Of a DNA stretch of 64,000 bases, positions 11,739 to 23,191 are shown piece after piece. This DNA is from an uncultured delta proteobacterium. GTDB lineage: Bacteria; Desulfobacterota; Zymogenia; Zymogenales; Zymogenaceae. The notes below the pieces were generated by a model. It made no database searches and had not been told where the DNA came from. It saw only the letters and a list, made by a program, of their open reading frames with translations. Where the stretch lies: positions 288,001 to 352,000 of the forward strand of contig CAVTLK010000002.1 in assembly GCA_963735595.1 (NCBI GenBank), given 5' to 3'. The number at the start of each line of letters is the position of its first letter. The first letter of the stretch is position 1. The position numbers and the translations under genes were made by a program.

Positions 11739-13197
11739 GGATCGCGATCGTCTCGCCGGAGGCCGTGCCGTTTGCCAAGACGGGAGGGCTGGCGGACGTG
11801 GCCGGCGCGCTCCCAAAGGAGCTTGCCCGGGCCGGGCACGAGGTCAAGCTGATCGTGCCCAAGTACAAGGTCGTCGATGCGGCGAAGTTCGGCCTTGTGA
11901 GGACCGGGGGCAGCGTCTCGGTACCGATCGGCGACAGGATCGTCTGGGGCGAGATCTTCACGTCTTCCCAGGACGATTTTACTGCCGTCTTTATTCAAAA
12001 CGACGAATACTTCCTGCGGGATGATCTCTACGGCAACAAGAGCGGCGATTTTCCCGATAATGCCTCCCGCTTCGTCTTTTTTTCCAGGGCCACGTTGGAC
12101 TGCCTCAGGGAGCTCGAGTTCGAGCCCGACGTCATTCACGTTAACGACTGGCAGTCGGCCCTGATCCCGCTCTATCTCCGAGTCGGTCTACAAACACGAT
12201 CCATACTTCAAAAAAACGGCGACGCTGTTGACCATCCATAATCTCGGCTATCAGGGTCTCTTCTGGCACCTGGATATGCCGCTTCTTGGGAGTCGGGTGG
12301 GACTATTTTACCCCGGAAGGGATCGAATTCTGGGGAAAGATCAACTTTCTCAAGGCCGGAATCGTCTACGCGGACCTCATCAATACCGTCAGCGCAAAAT
12401 ACGCCCAGGAGATTACCACCCCCGAGTTCGGGTTCGGACTGGATGGAGTGCTCAGGACGCGCAGGGACAATCTGTTCGGCATCGTCAACGGGATCGACAC
12501 CGACATCTGGAATCCCGGAAACGGACACCTTCATCACGAAACAGTACGGGCCCGAGACGCTCGGCGGATAAGGTCGAGAATAAGAAGGACGTTGCTCGAC
12601 GCATTCTACCTGCCCCAAAAGGAGGAAACGCCGTTGATCGGGATCATTTCCCGTCTTGCCGATCAGAAGGGGTTTCGACATCCTGGCAGAGGCAATGGAA
12701 GAGATCATGGCAATGGATCTGATGATAGTCGTGCTTGGGACCGGTGAGGCGCGCTACCACGAGCTGCTGACCCGGCTGGGGAAACGCTACCCGACCAAGC
12801 TTGGGGTCAAGCTTGCCTTTGACCCCGGCTTTCGCACCTGATCGAGGCGGGGGCCGATATGTTTCTCATGCCTTCCCGCTATGAGCCGTGCGGGCTCAAC
12901 CAGATGATGAGTATGCGCTACGGGACGGTGCCGGTGGTAAGGGATACGGGGGGGCTCTCGGATACGGTGAGCGGACTACCGGGAAAAGACGAAGGCCGGA
13001 ACCGGCGTTACGTTTGCCGATTACGATGCCCAGTCGCTGATTGCCGCGGTCAAGAGGGCGGTCTTTCTCTACGGTAAGAAGGCCCATTGGCGAGACGATG
13101 ATGAAAAACGACATGGCCGTGGACTTTCTCGTGGCGGGCGTCGGCGGAGAAATACGAGCGGCTCTACGGTGAGGCGATAAAAGAGAAGATCGAATGA
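11735..13197 (+). CDS. glgA: Glycogen synthase (GT5), frameshifted
   Basis: [60 protein letters not shown] overlaps at both ends. Confidence 0.93.
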
Positions 13198-15896
13198 CGG
13201 GTACCGTCGGAGGTGTTGGGACCGTCGCCGCCGTTTATTCAAAGCAGATGACAAAGCGATCAAAAAGAGAGACCACCGTCGGCGTCACCGCATCGCCTCA
13301 GCCGATCCTGGTTACCGATGCCGACGGGTTCGTCCTGTTCCTCAACGAGGCGGCGGAACGGCTGACCGGCTATCGGGCCGGGCAGGCTCTTGGCCTGCCG
13401 CTGGCCCGTTTCTTCGCCGAAGACCGGGTATCGGAAGTCCGGTGAGATTCTCACCGCGCTCGCCCAATCGACATCCGTTTTCTTGCCGGAGATCGAGCTT
13501 ATCAGAAAGGACGGGAACAGCCGTCTCGACGGGGCTTGCCGGCTACACGCTCGGCGGCCACGGACATTTCCCCTCCGTACGTCTCTTTATCATGAAAGAC
13601 CCGTTAAGCCTCCTCGGTGGGTCCGAGGAGGTTCGCTTTCTCGAAAAGGCCGTCGAGAGCATTCGAGAGGGAGTTGTCATTACGGATATATCCGGGACGA
13701 TCGTGTATGTCAACGAGGCGATTCGCTCGTTGTTCGGCTACGACGATCTCGACATGATCGGTCGAAATATCACGGCGCTTTTTGTCTCTCACGATCACGA
13801 TAGCCTCTCCCACGAGATCCTGGAAAATACCATCAATGGGAGCTGGGAGCGTGAGATGAGCGCCGTCGGAAACCAGGGGGCGCAATTCGTTGTCCGGCTC
13901 AAGACATCCCTCCTCTTTCCGGAAAATCGCCAACCGGCGCATATTGTCGGGATTATCCAGGACATCACCAAAGAGGTGGAGATGCGCGAGAAGCTCATTT
14001 CCACTAACCGCGAGCTCTCGGCGCTCTATGCCGTCTCGACTGCGCTGGCCGAAACCATCGAGCTGGACGAGCTGCTGTTCACTCAGCCTGGTTAAGGTCC
14101 TCGAAGTCATGGGTATGGACCTGGGTGATTATCAGGATCCTGAACGAGGAAGACAACCGAGCTGGTCCTGAAGACCCACGTTCGGGTCTCCCAGGGTTAT
14201 CTCGACAAATACCGCCGGATGCCGGTGGAAGCCAGCATATCCGGCAAGGTCGTCAAGACCGGTGTGCCCCAATCTTTCCAGCCGGGACATCCCGATCCCC
14301 CCGAGAAACAGGCGGCCCTTATGACGGAGGGGCTCTACCAGGTGATCGTAGTTCCTGTCCGGTCAAAGGATAAGACGCTGGGCACGCTGTCGGCGGGCGT
14401 TTACGAGCGCCGGGCGTCGATAACCCAGGACATGAAGCTCCTGGTCTCCATCGGTAATCTTATCGGCGTAGCGGTGGAAAACGCCCTGGTCTATGAGCGG
14501 GCGGATCGACTTGCCAGGCGAGAAGGACTTCAAGGTGGGGGAGCTGTCGCTGCTCATGGATCTGTCGGGAGCGCTGCTGACGACCATCGAGCTCAATAAG
14601 CTCCTTTATATCGTGCTGACGGCCGCGACCTTCGGGGAGACTTTCGGGTTTAACCGCGCCGCTATCTTCCTCGTGGATGAAGACGAAAAGACCATCGCGG
14701 GGACGATGGCCGTGGGGCCGATCAGCGCGGAGGAGGCCGGCAGGATATGGGGAGAGCTCGAGCGCCAGAAGCCTTCCATTTTCGAAATCGTCCAGGAAGG
14801 ACTTCGAAAATCACGGCTCCCCCGGTACCATACAGAACCGGACGGTACGGAGAATCTCGATTGACCTGGATCGCACAGACGATGTCGTCGTGCGCTCTAT
14901 CCTCGACAAGCGGCCGATTATCGTCACGGACGCCAGGACAAACCCGCATGTGGATGACGTCATGAAGCGGGTCCTTATGGGAGGAGACGAATTTGCCTGT
15001 ATCCCGATCGTCGCGCTGGATCGGCCCCTCGGCGCGATACTTGTCGATAACGTCTTTAACAGAAAACCGATTCGAGAAGAAGATATCGCGCTCTTGACGG
15101 CGTTTGCCAATCAGGCGGGGCTGGCTATCCAGAACTCGATCGTCTATTCCAACAAAGAGCGGATCAACCGGGAGCTTCGGGAGGCCCAGGCAAAGCTGCT
15201 GCAGCAGGCCAAGCTTGTCGGGCTGGGCGAGATGGCCGCCGAGATGGCCCACGAGATAAGGAATCCGCTTGTGTCTATCGGCGGCTTTGCGCGAAAGATC
15301 TCCGAGGCGGCCCGGGACGACCCCAAGCTCTCGCGGTACAGCCGGATCGTCGTCAAGGAGGTCATGAAGCTTGAGCATACCCTTCAGAATATCCTCTCGT
15401 TTCCGCGGGATATTCCGCCGGCTCGATCAGAACGATCGAGTTTAACGAGGTAATCCGGGATACGCTGGGGCTGGTGGTCGACGATCTTGCGGCAAAGAAG
15501 ATACGGCTCAAAACCGAGTTTCTCCAGGACATCCCGTCCATCGAGGCAGATTCGGATCAGCTGCGGCAGGTATTCCTCAACCTCTTCTATAACGCCGTGC
15601 AGGCGATGGAGGGAGGGGGTGAGATGACGGTTGTCACAACGGTCGAGCAGATCGGCGCCGTCCCCTACGTCAGGGCGGAGGTGCGGGATACGGGGCCCGG
15701 CGTCACCTCCGACGTTATCGGCAGTATCTTTAAGCCGTTCTTCACAACCAAGAAATCGGGAACAGGGCTGGGGCTCGCCATCACTCATAAGATTATCATC
15801 AATCACGGCGGTAATATTGATATCATCAATCGCCCCGAGGGGGGGGCATCCTTTATCGTGGAACTCCCGGTAACACAACCCAAACGCACCGAATGA
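13194..15896 (+). CDS. Cytoplasmic sensor histidine kinase PAS-PAS-GAF-GAF-HisKA-HATPase, frameshifted
   Basis: PAS signatures (ILVTDADGFVLFLNEAAERLTGY; VVITDISGTIVYVNEA), two GAF-like segments, H-box AHEIRNPL, N-box QVFLNLFYNAVQA, DTGPG, PFFTTK, GTGLGL. Confidence 0.88.
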
Positions 15897-15920
15897 CACG
15901 GTTTGTCGAAGGCGAGGATT

Positions 15921-16807
15921 ATGACGGACGAAAAACACTATACGGACAAAGAGATCACCGATTCCAATATCGTCTTCCACGACGAGTTCGACGCCAAGGT
16001 CTATGACTGGAAATGGGGAAAGCAATACTCCACCGCCGAGATGAACAAGATCGTCTCGGAATATGCCCATTACCTCGGCGGCCCGGTGGGCGCAATCGGG
16101 CGTTACCTGGACGTCGGATGCGGGACGGGCAGCGCCGTCGTCAACCTTTCCCTCTACCCGGACATGGGGGACGCCTCACGGCTCTGATATCTCCATCGGG
16201 ATGCTCCGGGTGTGCCGGGAAAACGCCCACGCGGTGGGGAGGGAGGTGACACTCTCGGTCTCGGACGCACAGAAGCTTCCGTATCAGGACAACAGTTTTG
16301 ATTTCATCACCTGCCACGCGGTTTTGCACCACGTCGCTCATCCGGAGGCGGTCCTCGGGGAGATTCATCGGCTGCTGCGCCCCGGGGGCAGGGCGCTGGT
16401 CTTTGAGCCCACCCGGTACGGGACGGCCCTCTGTTTCGGCCTGATGCGGTGGACCTGGGGGGTCGTCTGGGGAATCAGGGAGCGCATCAGCGGGAAAAAG
16501 CCGATCTGGGTCGTGGAGGAGGAGTTCGTGGACGGCCTCTCGGCCCCGCCGGACCTCACCACGTTTTACCCGAAAGAGCTCCGCGGGATGATCGGCAAGA
16601 TCCCGTTTGGGAAGGGAACCGTCACGACGTACGGATTTCTTGGCAATTTCGCCCGGTGGTTCTGCCATCCCCTGAGAAATATCCCCCTCTTCGGCCGTCT
16701 CACCGGCCGCGCTGGCCGATCTATTGACCCGGCTTGATGAAGGGCCGATGAGATGGATCGTTCCCGAAACCCTCTACTTTCAGGCGGTGATCACGCTCAG
16801 GAAATAA
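15921..16807 (+). CDS. Class I SAM-dependent methyltransferase, frameshifted
   Basis: YLDVGCGTG, DISIGML, DAQKLPYQDNSFD, AVLHHV, LLRPGGR across frames; the end is inferred at TAA 16805-16807. Confidence 0.75.
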
Positions 16808-16874
16808 GCGCGACGCGCCCGACGGAAAGGCCGGACGCCGTGTGCGCCCGCGGCCTTTCCCACGACAAACGCCT

Positions 16875-18020
16875 ATGGACTATCCTTTCGAGATACGCGA
16901 GATCCTTTCGGCCTACTTCACATGCCTCCCGGCAGAGGCGAGGCGGAAGTTTTCCCGTGACGGGGAGACGGACCCCAAAGCGCTGACACTCTTCTGGGAG
17001 CGGATACTCACCGGCCGGACGAGGGGCGACATCGAGCAATCGTTTGCCTACTATGAGGCCCTGATGGAAACGGGGCGCGACCGACGGTTCGTCCTTTCCT
17101 ACAACGAGCCGGCCGCCCTCATCTGGCCCTTTGTGATCGACCGGATCGTCTCGCTTTTTTCAGGCGAGACGCGCGCGGCGTTTCTCGCGGAGGCAGGCGT
17201 CCCCGACGGGGGGTCGCCGGCCACGGCCATGACGGCCTCTGTCCGCGCGAGAAACGCCTTCCGCCGGGCATTTCTGTCGGACATTAGCGGCCCGGTCCTG
17301 TCGTTTCTCTACTCCATGGTCTACCTCATGGGATTTTCCTCCGGGGGGGAGGCGTCGTTTCTCGACCGGGTCTTCGGGAGGGCCGGCCGGTGGGAGGGAC
17401 ATCTCCTGGACGCGGGGGGGGGGTCGGGTTTCGCGGGACTCGTGCTGTCGACAAGGGGGCCGGTGACCTACATCGATTTTTCTCCGTTTCGCGCCGCGCG
17501 CGCCGCGGCGATGTCCGAGGCGTGCCGCCGTGATCCCGGTTTCTTTTCGCGGGTGCTTGACCTCATCGATCGGGAATCGAGCGTCTTCGGGCTCTCGCTT
17601 GATCGTTCCCTGATCCCCCCGGTTACGGGCTCGGTGCCCCTGTGCGTATCGGGCGACCTCGTTGGTCTGCCGGCCGATATCGGCCCGTTTGACGGGGCCA
17701 TACTGACCGACGTGCTGGAGCATACGACGCGGCCGGAGACGGTGCTTGCGGCCGTCTCTCGAACGCTTAGACCCCGCGCCCCGCTCCTCATTACCGTCCC
17801 GACGGACGCCAACGGGATTACCGGGCGAATCCGGGAAGAGGAAGAGGGCTACGCGTTTCCGTTCCTGCTGCACATCTCTTTTTTTTCCGACGAGCGTATC
17901 CGGCAGATGGCCGCGGCGGCGGGACTTTCCGTCGAGGAGCTTTCATACTTTTCCTACGAGAAAACGACGTGCCTGGGCCCGGCGCCCATGGAGGTGCTGG
18001 CGGTACTGAGAAAGGAATAG
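16875..18020 (+). CDS. Methyltransferase-domain protein with unrecognised N-terminal region
   Basis: LLDAGGGSG (motif I), FDGAILTDVLEH, LRPRAPLLITVP in the C-terminal half. Confidence 0.7.
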   Translation: MDYPFEIREILSAYFTCLPAEARRKFSRDGETDPKALTLFWERILTGRTRGDIEQSFAYYEALMETGRDRRFVLSYNEPAALIWPFVIDRIVSLFSGETRAAFLAEAGVPDGGSPATAMTASVRARNAFRRAFLSDISGPVLSFLYSMVYLMGFSSGGEASFLDRVFGRAGRWEGHLLDAGGGSGFAGLVLSTRGPVTYIDFSPFRAARAAAMSEACRRDPGFFSRVLDLIDRESSVFGLSLDRSLIPPVTGSVPLCVSGDLVGLPADIGPFDGAILTDVLEHTTRPETVLAAVSRTLRPRAPLLITVPTDANGITGRIREEEEGYAFPFLLHISFFSDERIRQMAAAAGLSVEELSYFSYEKTTCLGPAPMEVLAVLRKE

Positions 18021-18232
18021 GAGAGCTAAATAAATAGGCGCCTCATCCGGGGTCGCCGGAGTGAGTGCCGAAAAGAACCGTACCGAGTGAAATGCCAAGT
18101 CCCGGAGGGTGCCGGGATCGAATAAGGGATTAGACCACGCGGCCCGCCGGGCCGCAATCGCGCCGCCGTTTACCAATTCCAATCCGTTCCATCTTTTACG
18201 GTCAGATATTTCATCCCACTGAGTCTTTTTTC

Positions 18233-18261
18233 TTGACACGGTTTGGCCGATATTTTATTAT
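18233..18261 (+). promoter_or_regulatory. Sigma70-type promoter of the Fe-S/FAD oxidoreductase operon
   Basis: TTGACA (18233-18238)-17 bp-TATTAT (18256-18261) in an AT-rich patch. Confidence 0.75.
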
Positions 18262-18278
18262 ATCAATCGAATGATATA
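18259..18278. promoter_or_regulatory. Palindromic operator, candidate TetR site
   Basis: TATATCA-ATCGAA-TGATATA (18/20 dyad symmetry) overlapping the -10/+1 region. Confidence 0.65.
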
Positions 18279-18463
18279 AAAACGGTGTGACCCGATGACC
18301 TTTTCGCCCCCGGTTGACGGCGACTGGCGACAGACGGTATGTGCGTGGCTGGCCAGGGCTCATAGGCATTAGCGGGAGACAGGGAACCGGGAAACCGTAA
18401 CGGCGAAGGCGCGACACGGCGTCACTGCGGGCGCGTTTCTACCGACACATAGAGGAACCAATC

Positions 18464-19759
18464 ATGGCCATAGAACGACTGCGGACATTCGAAGACGAGA
18501 TGAAGACGTGCTTCCGGTGTTCGCTGTGCAAGATGGTGCCGCTTCCGGTGATAACCGATTCGCGGTACGCGGAAGGGTGCCCGGCAAACCGCGAGTATCA
18601 CGTGCACGGGTACTCGGGATCGGGGAAGAGCATCATGGCGCTGAGCCTGCTGGAGGGCCGTATCACGGCCGACGAAGCCCTGGCCGAGGTCACGTTTGCC
18701 TGCACGACATGCGGGTTATGCGACGTCGCGTGCAAATTCATCATGGATTCCGAACGGCAGGTCGTGAACATTGCCCTCAGGGAGCACCTCGTTGACGAGG
18801 GCCTCGAGAGGCCCGCGCACCGCAAGGTCCTCGCAAGGCGGCAGCGTGAGGACCGGACGAACGGGACAGTTTCGCTCTACCGGGTGCGGACGGACGGATC
18901 GGGCCTGACGGTGTTGCCGGGAAAGAAGGCCGATGTCCTGCTCATCCCCGGGTCGGAAGAGGGGCGTGCCGCCGGGGTGATGGATGCCACTACAAAGCTC
19001 GCCCGCCTCTTGTCACATGCCGGGGTGGACGTAGGTGTCCTGGGGGACGGCCCCGTAGATACGGGGGTCTATGCATACTGGACCGGCCACCGGGACTTGT
19101 TTGTGGCAGGCGCGCGGCGGCTGGCGGAGACCATAGACGGCCTCGAGGTGCAGGCCGTTGTCGCGGTGTCCGGCGCTGACCTGGGGATGCTGCGCTCTAA
19201 ATATCCCGAGTACGGCGTCCGGTTGAAACCGGAGGTGTTGCATGCGACCGAATACCTCGAGCGGCTCATCACCAAGCGGAGGCTGAAGCTGCCCCGGGCC
19301 GTCCGGCATCTCGTTACCTACCATGATCCGTGTTACCTCGGCCGCCAGAGCGAGCCGCCCAACGAATGGCAGGGACAGCTCAAGATGACGCACGGGGTGA
19401 TGACCTACTACCAACCGCCCAAGCCGCTCAACCGGGGGGTAAACGGCGTCTTTGACGCGCCCAGGCGCGTCCTTGAATCCATCAAAGGGATCGATCTCGT
19501 GGAAATGCACCGAATCCGCGAATATGCCTTCTGCTGCGGAGGGGGTGGCGGCGTTCCGGAGGCGTACCCGAGGTTGGCCGCAAACGCGGCGCTGCACCGT
19601 ATTGACGAGGCCCGGTCGACGGGCGCCGAATACCTGGTTACGGCCTGCCAATCCTGCAGACGAAATCTTTCAGAGGCGCAATCCGAGTTATCCGGTACCT
19701 CCTTACCGGTTTTGGACGTCATCGACCTGGTCTACGAGGCCGCCGATATCGAGAGGTGA
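18464..19759 (+). CDS. Fe-S oxidoreductase, GlcF/HdrD-like (2x[4Fe-4S] plus CCG domain)
   Basis: CFRCSLC...CP, CTTCGLCDVAC, YHDPCYLGR, CCGGGGG, TACQSC. Confidence 0.88.
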   Translation: MAIERLRTFEDEMKTCFRCSLCKMVPLPVITDSRYAEGCPANREYHVHGYSGSGKSIMALSLLEGRITADEALAEVTFACTTCGLCDVACKFIMDSERQVVNIALREHLVDEGLERPAHRKVLARRQREDRTNGTVSLYRVRTDGSGLTVLPGKKADVLLIPGSEEGRAAGVMDATTKLARLLSHAGVDVGVLGDGPVDTGVYAYWTGHRDLFVAGARRLAETIDGLEVQAVVAVSGADLGMLRSKYPEYGVRLKPEVLHATEYLERLITKRRLKLPRAVRHLVTYHDPCYLGRQSEPPNEWQGQLKMTHGVMTYYQPPKPLNRGVNGVFDAPRRVLESIKGIDLVEMHRIREYAFCCGGGGGVPEAYPRLAANAALHRIDEARSTGAEYLVTACQSCRRNLSEAQSELSGTSLPVLDVIDLVYEAADIER

Positions 19760-19761
19760 TC

Positions 19762-21240
19762 ATGACCATGAATTCGAAACTGAATCAACGGCTTACCGCC
19801 GCTATTACGGGCGGCGATATCAGCCGGGACGCCGGCCAGATCGCGGGGTCGCTGACCGAAAACCCGCTGATCGAAAGAGGCGCCGCCCCGAATTGTATCG
19901 TCCGTCCGGGGACGGTTGAGGAACTGACCGAGCTGGTCAGGCTCTCGAACGAGACGGGGCTGAACCTGACGGTCACCTCATCAACGGGGCGCCACTCCAG
20001 GGGGGGGATTGCTGCGGATGAGGACAATACCCTCATCGACCTTTCGGCGTGGAAGGAAATCGAACACATCGAACGCCGAAACCGCGTCGCCCTGATCCAG
20101 CCGGGGGTCACCTATGGGGAGCTGTCAAAGGCCGCACGGGAACAGGGTATGGTCATCCCGATGCCGATGGCGCCGCGCAGCGGCAAGAGCGTCGTCGCGT
20201 CCGTAACGGATCGTGAGCCCACGACCTGGCCCAACAAGCAGTGGGATTGGGGCGATCCCGTGGGAAGCACCGAGGTGATCTTCGGCAACGGTTCGCTGTT
20301 CAGGACGGGGTCCGCCGGCGGGCCCGGCACGCTGGAAAGGCAGCGGAGCGCCGGGGGCGCGCAAAAATACTCGGGAGGCCCTTCCCAGACGGATCTCCAC
20401 CGCGTGGTGCAGGGATCCCAGGGTACAATGGGGATCGTCACCTGGATCACCATCCGCACTGAGTTAGCGCCTACCGTCCAGAAGCCGTTTCTGATCGGAA
20501 CCGACAGCCTTGATGCCCTGACCGGGTTTGTGTACGAGGTGCAGCGGCCCGGACTCGGGGAACACGTCTTTATACTGAACGACCGATCCCTCGGCATGCT
20601 CATGGCCGGGTCGGGCGGGGCGGCGCCGGGCGGCACATACGAAAACCTTCCCCGGTATAGCTGTCTTATCAACATCGCGGGGTTCGAGCGGCTCCCGAGG
20701 CAACGGGCCCGGTATCAGGAACGGGACATCCGTGAGATCGCCAAGAGGCACACGTTATCGCCGGTTGATGCCCTCGGCGCGGTATCGGCCGAAGACCTGC
20801 TCGATGCATCGACCCGGCCGTGCGGGGAGGTAGACTGGCGGCACGGGCTTACGGGAGACTGCCTCTCGGTATTTTTCCTGACGACGCTCGATAAAGCCCC
20901 GCCGCTCATACAGCTCTTTTCCGATACGGCAAAGGGGCACGGGGTGGAGGCCGGAGACGTCGGCATCTACGTCCAGCCGGTCGTGCAGAATCATTCGTGC
21001 CACGTCGAACTACTGGTGCCGTTCGAGCGGGACGAGCCGGGCGTAATTGAGCGCATGCGGGCGTTGGAGAAGGCGGCGGTCACGGGACTCATCGGCGCGG
21101 GAGCCTTTTTCAGCAGGCCGTACGGCGCCTCCCGGGATATCGTGTTTGCGCAAAACCCGGTCCAATACGAGCTCATGAAGAAGGTGAAGACGATTTTTGA
21201 TCCCGGCCGGGTGCTCAACAGGGGTAAGTGGGGCCTTTGA
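19762..21240 (+). CDS. FAD-binding oxidoreductase, VAO/PCMH family
   Basis: IVRPGTVEEL, IQPGVTYGEL, GSQGTMGIVT, C-terminal KTIFDPGRVLNRGK. Confidence 0.85.
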   Translation: MTMNSKLNQRLTAAITGGDISRDAGQIAGSLTENPLIERGAAPNCIVRPGTVEELTELVRLSNETGLNLTVTSSTGRHSRGGIAADEDNTLIDLSAWKEIEHIERRNRVALIQPGVTYGELSKAAREQGMVIPMPMAPRSGKSVVASVTDREPTTWPNKQWDWGDPVGSTEVIFGNGSLFRTGSAGGPGTLERQRSAGGAQKYSGGPSQTDLHRVVQGSQGTMGIVTWITIRTELAPTVQKPFLIGTDSLDALTGFVYEVQRPGLGEHVFILNDRSLGMLMAGSGGAAPGGTYENLPRYSCLINIAGFERLPRQRARYQERDIREIAKRHTLSPVDALGAVSAEDLLDASTRPCGEVDWRHGLTGDCLSVFFLTTLDKAPPLIQLFSDTAKGHGVEAGDVGIYVQPVVQNHSCHVELLVPFERDEPGVIERMRALEKAAVTGLIGAGAFFSRPYGASRDIVFAQNPVQYELMKKVKTIFDPGRVLNRGKWGL

Positions 21241-21311
21241 TCCGTCCGGCGAGGTCCGACCTCGGCCGGTCACAAGGGAGCGCTTGAGCGTTAGCGAGAC
21301 AGGAGTCATGA

Positions 21312-23042
21312 ATGATAACGGATAAAGAACGAAAAACCCTTCAGGACATCGTATCGCCCCGGTGGGTATTTACCTCGCCGTGCATGATGGATACCTACGC
21401 CATGTACATGAATCCGGAGACGCTCAACCGGGAAGGCGGCCGCTGGGCCCCCCGACCGGCAGCCGTTGTGTTGCCGGAATCGACCGGGCAGGTCCAGGAG
21501 ATCATGCGCTTCTGCAACAAGAGCGACCTCATGGCAAAGCCGCTTTCGACGGGGTTTCATACCGTTGCGGCGGCCTCGCGGGACCGGGTGATCATTCTTG
21601 ATCTGAAACGCATGAACCGGATCATCGATATCGATATAAAGAACCAGATCGCCGTGGTCGAGCCCTACGTGAAGGCGTATGAGCTTCAGACGGAACTCTT
21701 CAAACACGGCCTTAACGTGCACATCATATCGTCGGGCAGCAACCATTCGATCCTTGCGTCCCACGCGGCCGCATGGGGGTACGGTTTTTCCGGGCCGTGG
21801 ACGAGCCACAGCGGCAGGAACCTGTTGGGCGTGGAGTGGGTGCTGCCGACAGGCGAGGTATTCACGCTGGGAAGCGCGGGGGCGGGCGCCGGCTGGTTTA
21901 CCGCCGACGGCCCCGGGCCGTCCATGCGGGGGATCCTCCGCGGATTCTCCGGGACGTTCGGGGGACTGGGGGTCTTCACGAAGTGTGCGGTGAAACTCTA
22001 TGCGTGGGACGGCCCCGACAAGTGGGAGGTGCGCGGGAAGGCCCCGGTCTACCACCTGGCCGACTATCCCCGCAAGGTGTTCATGAACATCCTCTCGTTC
22101 CCCTCGGCCCAGGCCATGAAGGACGCGGGGTATAAGCTCGGGGAGGCCAACATCGAGTACGCCCAGTTTCGCACCCCCTCCTTTTTCGTTGCGCTGGGAC
22201 TCACCGAGAACAACGAGCAGCTCAAGACCGCGCTCGAGACCGGGATATTCGAGAAGATCGCGAAATATGTCCTGGTTAATGCGGTGGTCGGTTACTCCGA
22301 CCGGGAATGCCGGTGGAAGATGAAGGCCATGAGGCAGATACTCAAGGAGACCGGCGGCGTGTCGATCCCCATGTCCCTCAAACCCACCCCGAAGATGCTT
22401 GAGGCGCTTCACGCGATGAGGCGGTCCGCGCTTGCCGGATGGCTCATCGACGGGATCAAGGACCCGCTGGCTATACTGCGGCGATTTCCCTTTTTGCAGG
22501 AGATCGTCAACCGTCTTCCCGTCGGTAAGCAGGACCGCCTCGAAACGTACTCGCGGCTCTTCTGGCTGTTGATTCGAAACGCCGTGAACACGCAGGCGAC
22601 CTCGCGCCCCTCCCAGGGGATGAATACGATGATGGGGTCATTCGATACGTGGGACCTGGGCGTGGAGCAGTCCGAGTGGATAGCCCGGGCCAAGCGGAAG
22701 TACATCGAACGGGGCCATATCGTGGACGACGGGGGCGACCTGGGTTGCGGGGGCACGTACGAGGGGGGCCACCTCGGCTACGTGGAGGGGATCATACTCT
22801 ACAACACGAAGGATCGGCAGTCGATTATCGATACGGGAGACCTGATCAATGAAGGGATCGACGCCACGATAGACAAGGCGATGGGGATTCCCATCGCGGG
22901 CATGGGCAGCGTCATGAACGCCCGGCTCGGTCCGGCGTGCCGCAACTACCAAGTCTGGCAGAGCAAGATAAAGAAGGCCCTCGATCCGAACAACGCCTCG
23001 GATCCCTTTTTCTACGCCGAGCCGGAAGAGGGAGAGCCGTAA
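21312..23042 (+). CDS. FAD-binding oxidoreductase, VAO/PCMH family (second paralogue)
   Basis: PAAVVLPESTGQVQEI, LDLKRMNRI, RNLLGVEWVLPTGE, GGLGVFTK, KIKKALDPNN. Confidence 0.85.
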   Translation: MITDKERKTLQDIVSPRWVFTSPCMMDTYAMYMNPETLNREGGRWAPRPAAVVLPESTGQVQEIMRFCNKSDLMAKPLSTGFHTVAAASRDRVIILDLKRMNRIIDIDIKNQIAVVEPYVKAYELQTELFKHGLNVHIISSGSNHSILASHAAAWGYGFSGPWTSHSGRNLLGVEWVLPTGEVFTLGSAGAGAGWFTADGPGPSMRGILRGFSGTFGGLGVFTKCAVKLYAWDGPDKWEVRGKAPVYHLADYPRKVFMNILSFPSAQAMKDAGYKLGEANIEYAQFRTPSFFVALGLTENNEQLKTALETGIFEKIAKYVLVNAVVGYSDRECRWKMKAMRQILKETGGVSIPMSLKPTPKMLEALHAMRRSALAGWLIDGIKDPLAILRRFPFLQEIVNRLPVGKQDRLETYSRLFWLLIRNAVNTQATSRPSQGMNTMMGSFDTWDLGVEQSEWIARAKRKYIERGHIVDDGGDLGCGGTYEGGHLGYVEGIILYNTKDRQSIIDTGDLINEGIDATIDKAMGIPIAGMGSVMNARLGPACRNYQVWQSKIKKALDPNNASDPFFYAEPEEGEP

Positions 23043-23191
23043 CCGAGGGGAAATCCACGCGTAGAGGCGGATGCGGATGCGGGCAGGTTCGGACGGCGAC
23101 CGACCGGGCCGCGCGACGCATCGGGGCGCGGGTTCCCGTGCTCACATAACGGCCGAAGAGCCGGAGTATTACGTAATTGAGGAGACCCGTC

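Noticed and set aside
6860..16807. Programmed frameshifting or true pseudogenes
   Set aside because: The indels are numerous, lack consistent slippery sites and hit unrelated adjacent genes; error is the simpler explanation.
18021..18463. Riboswitch or ncRNA in the long intergenic region
   Set aside because: GC-rich stems are possible, but I could not match any known riboswitch or sRNA consensus by eye; an Rfam scan is needed.
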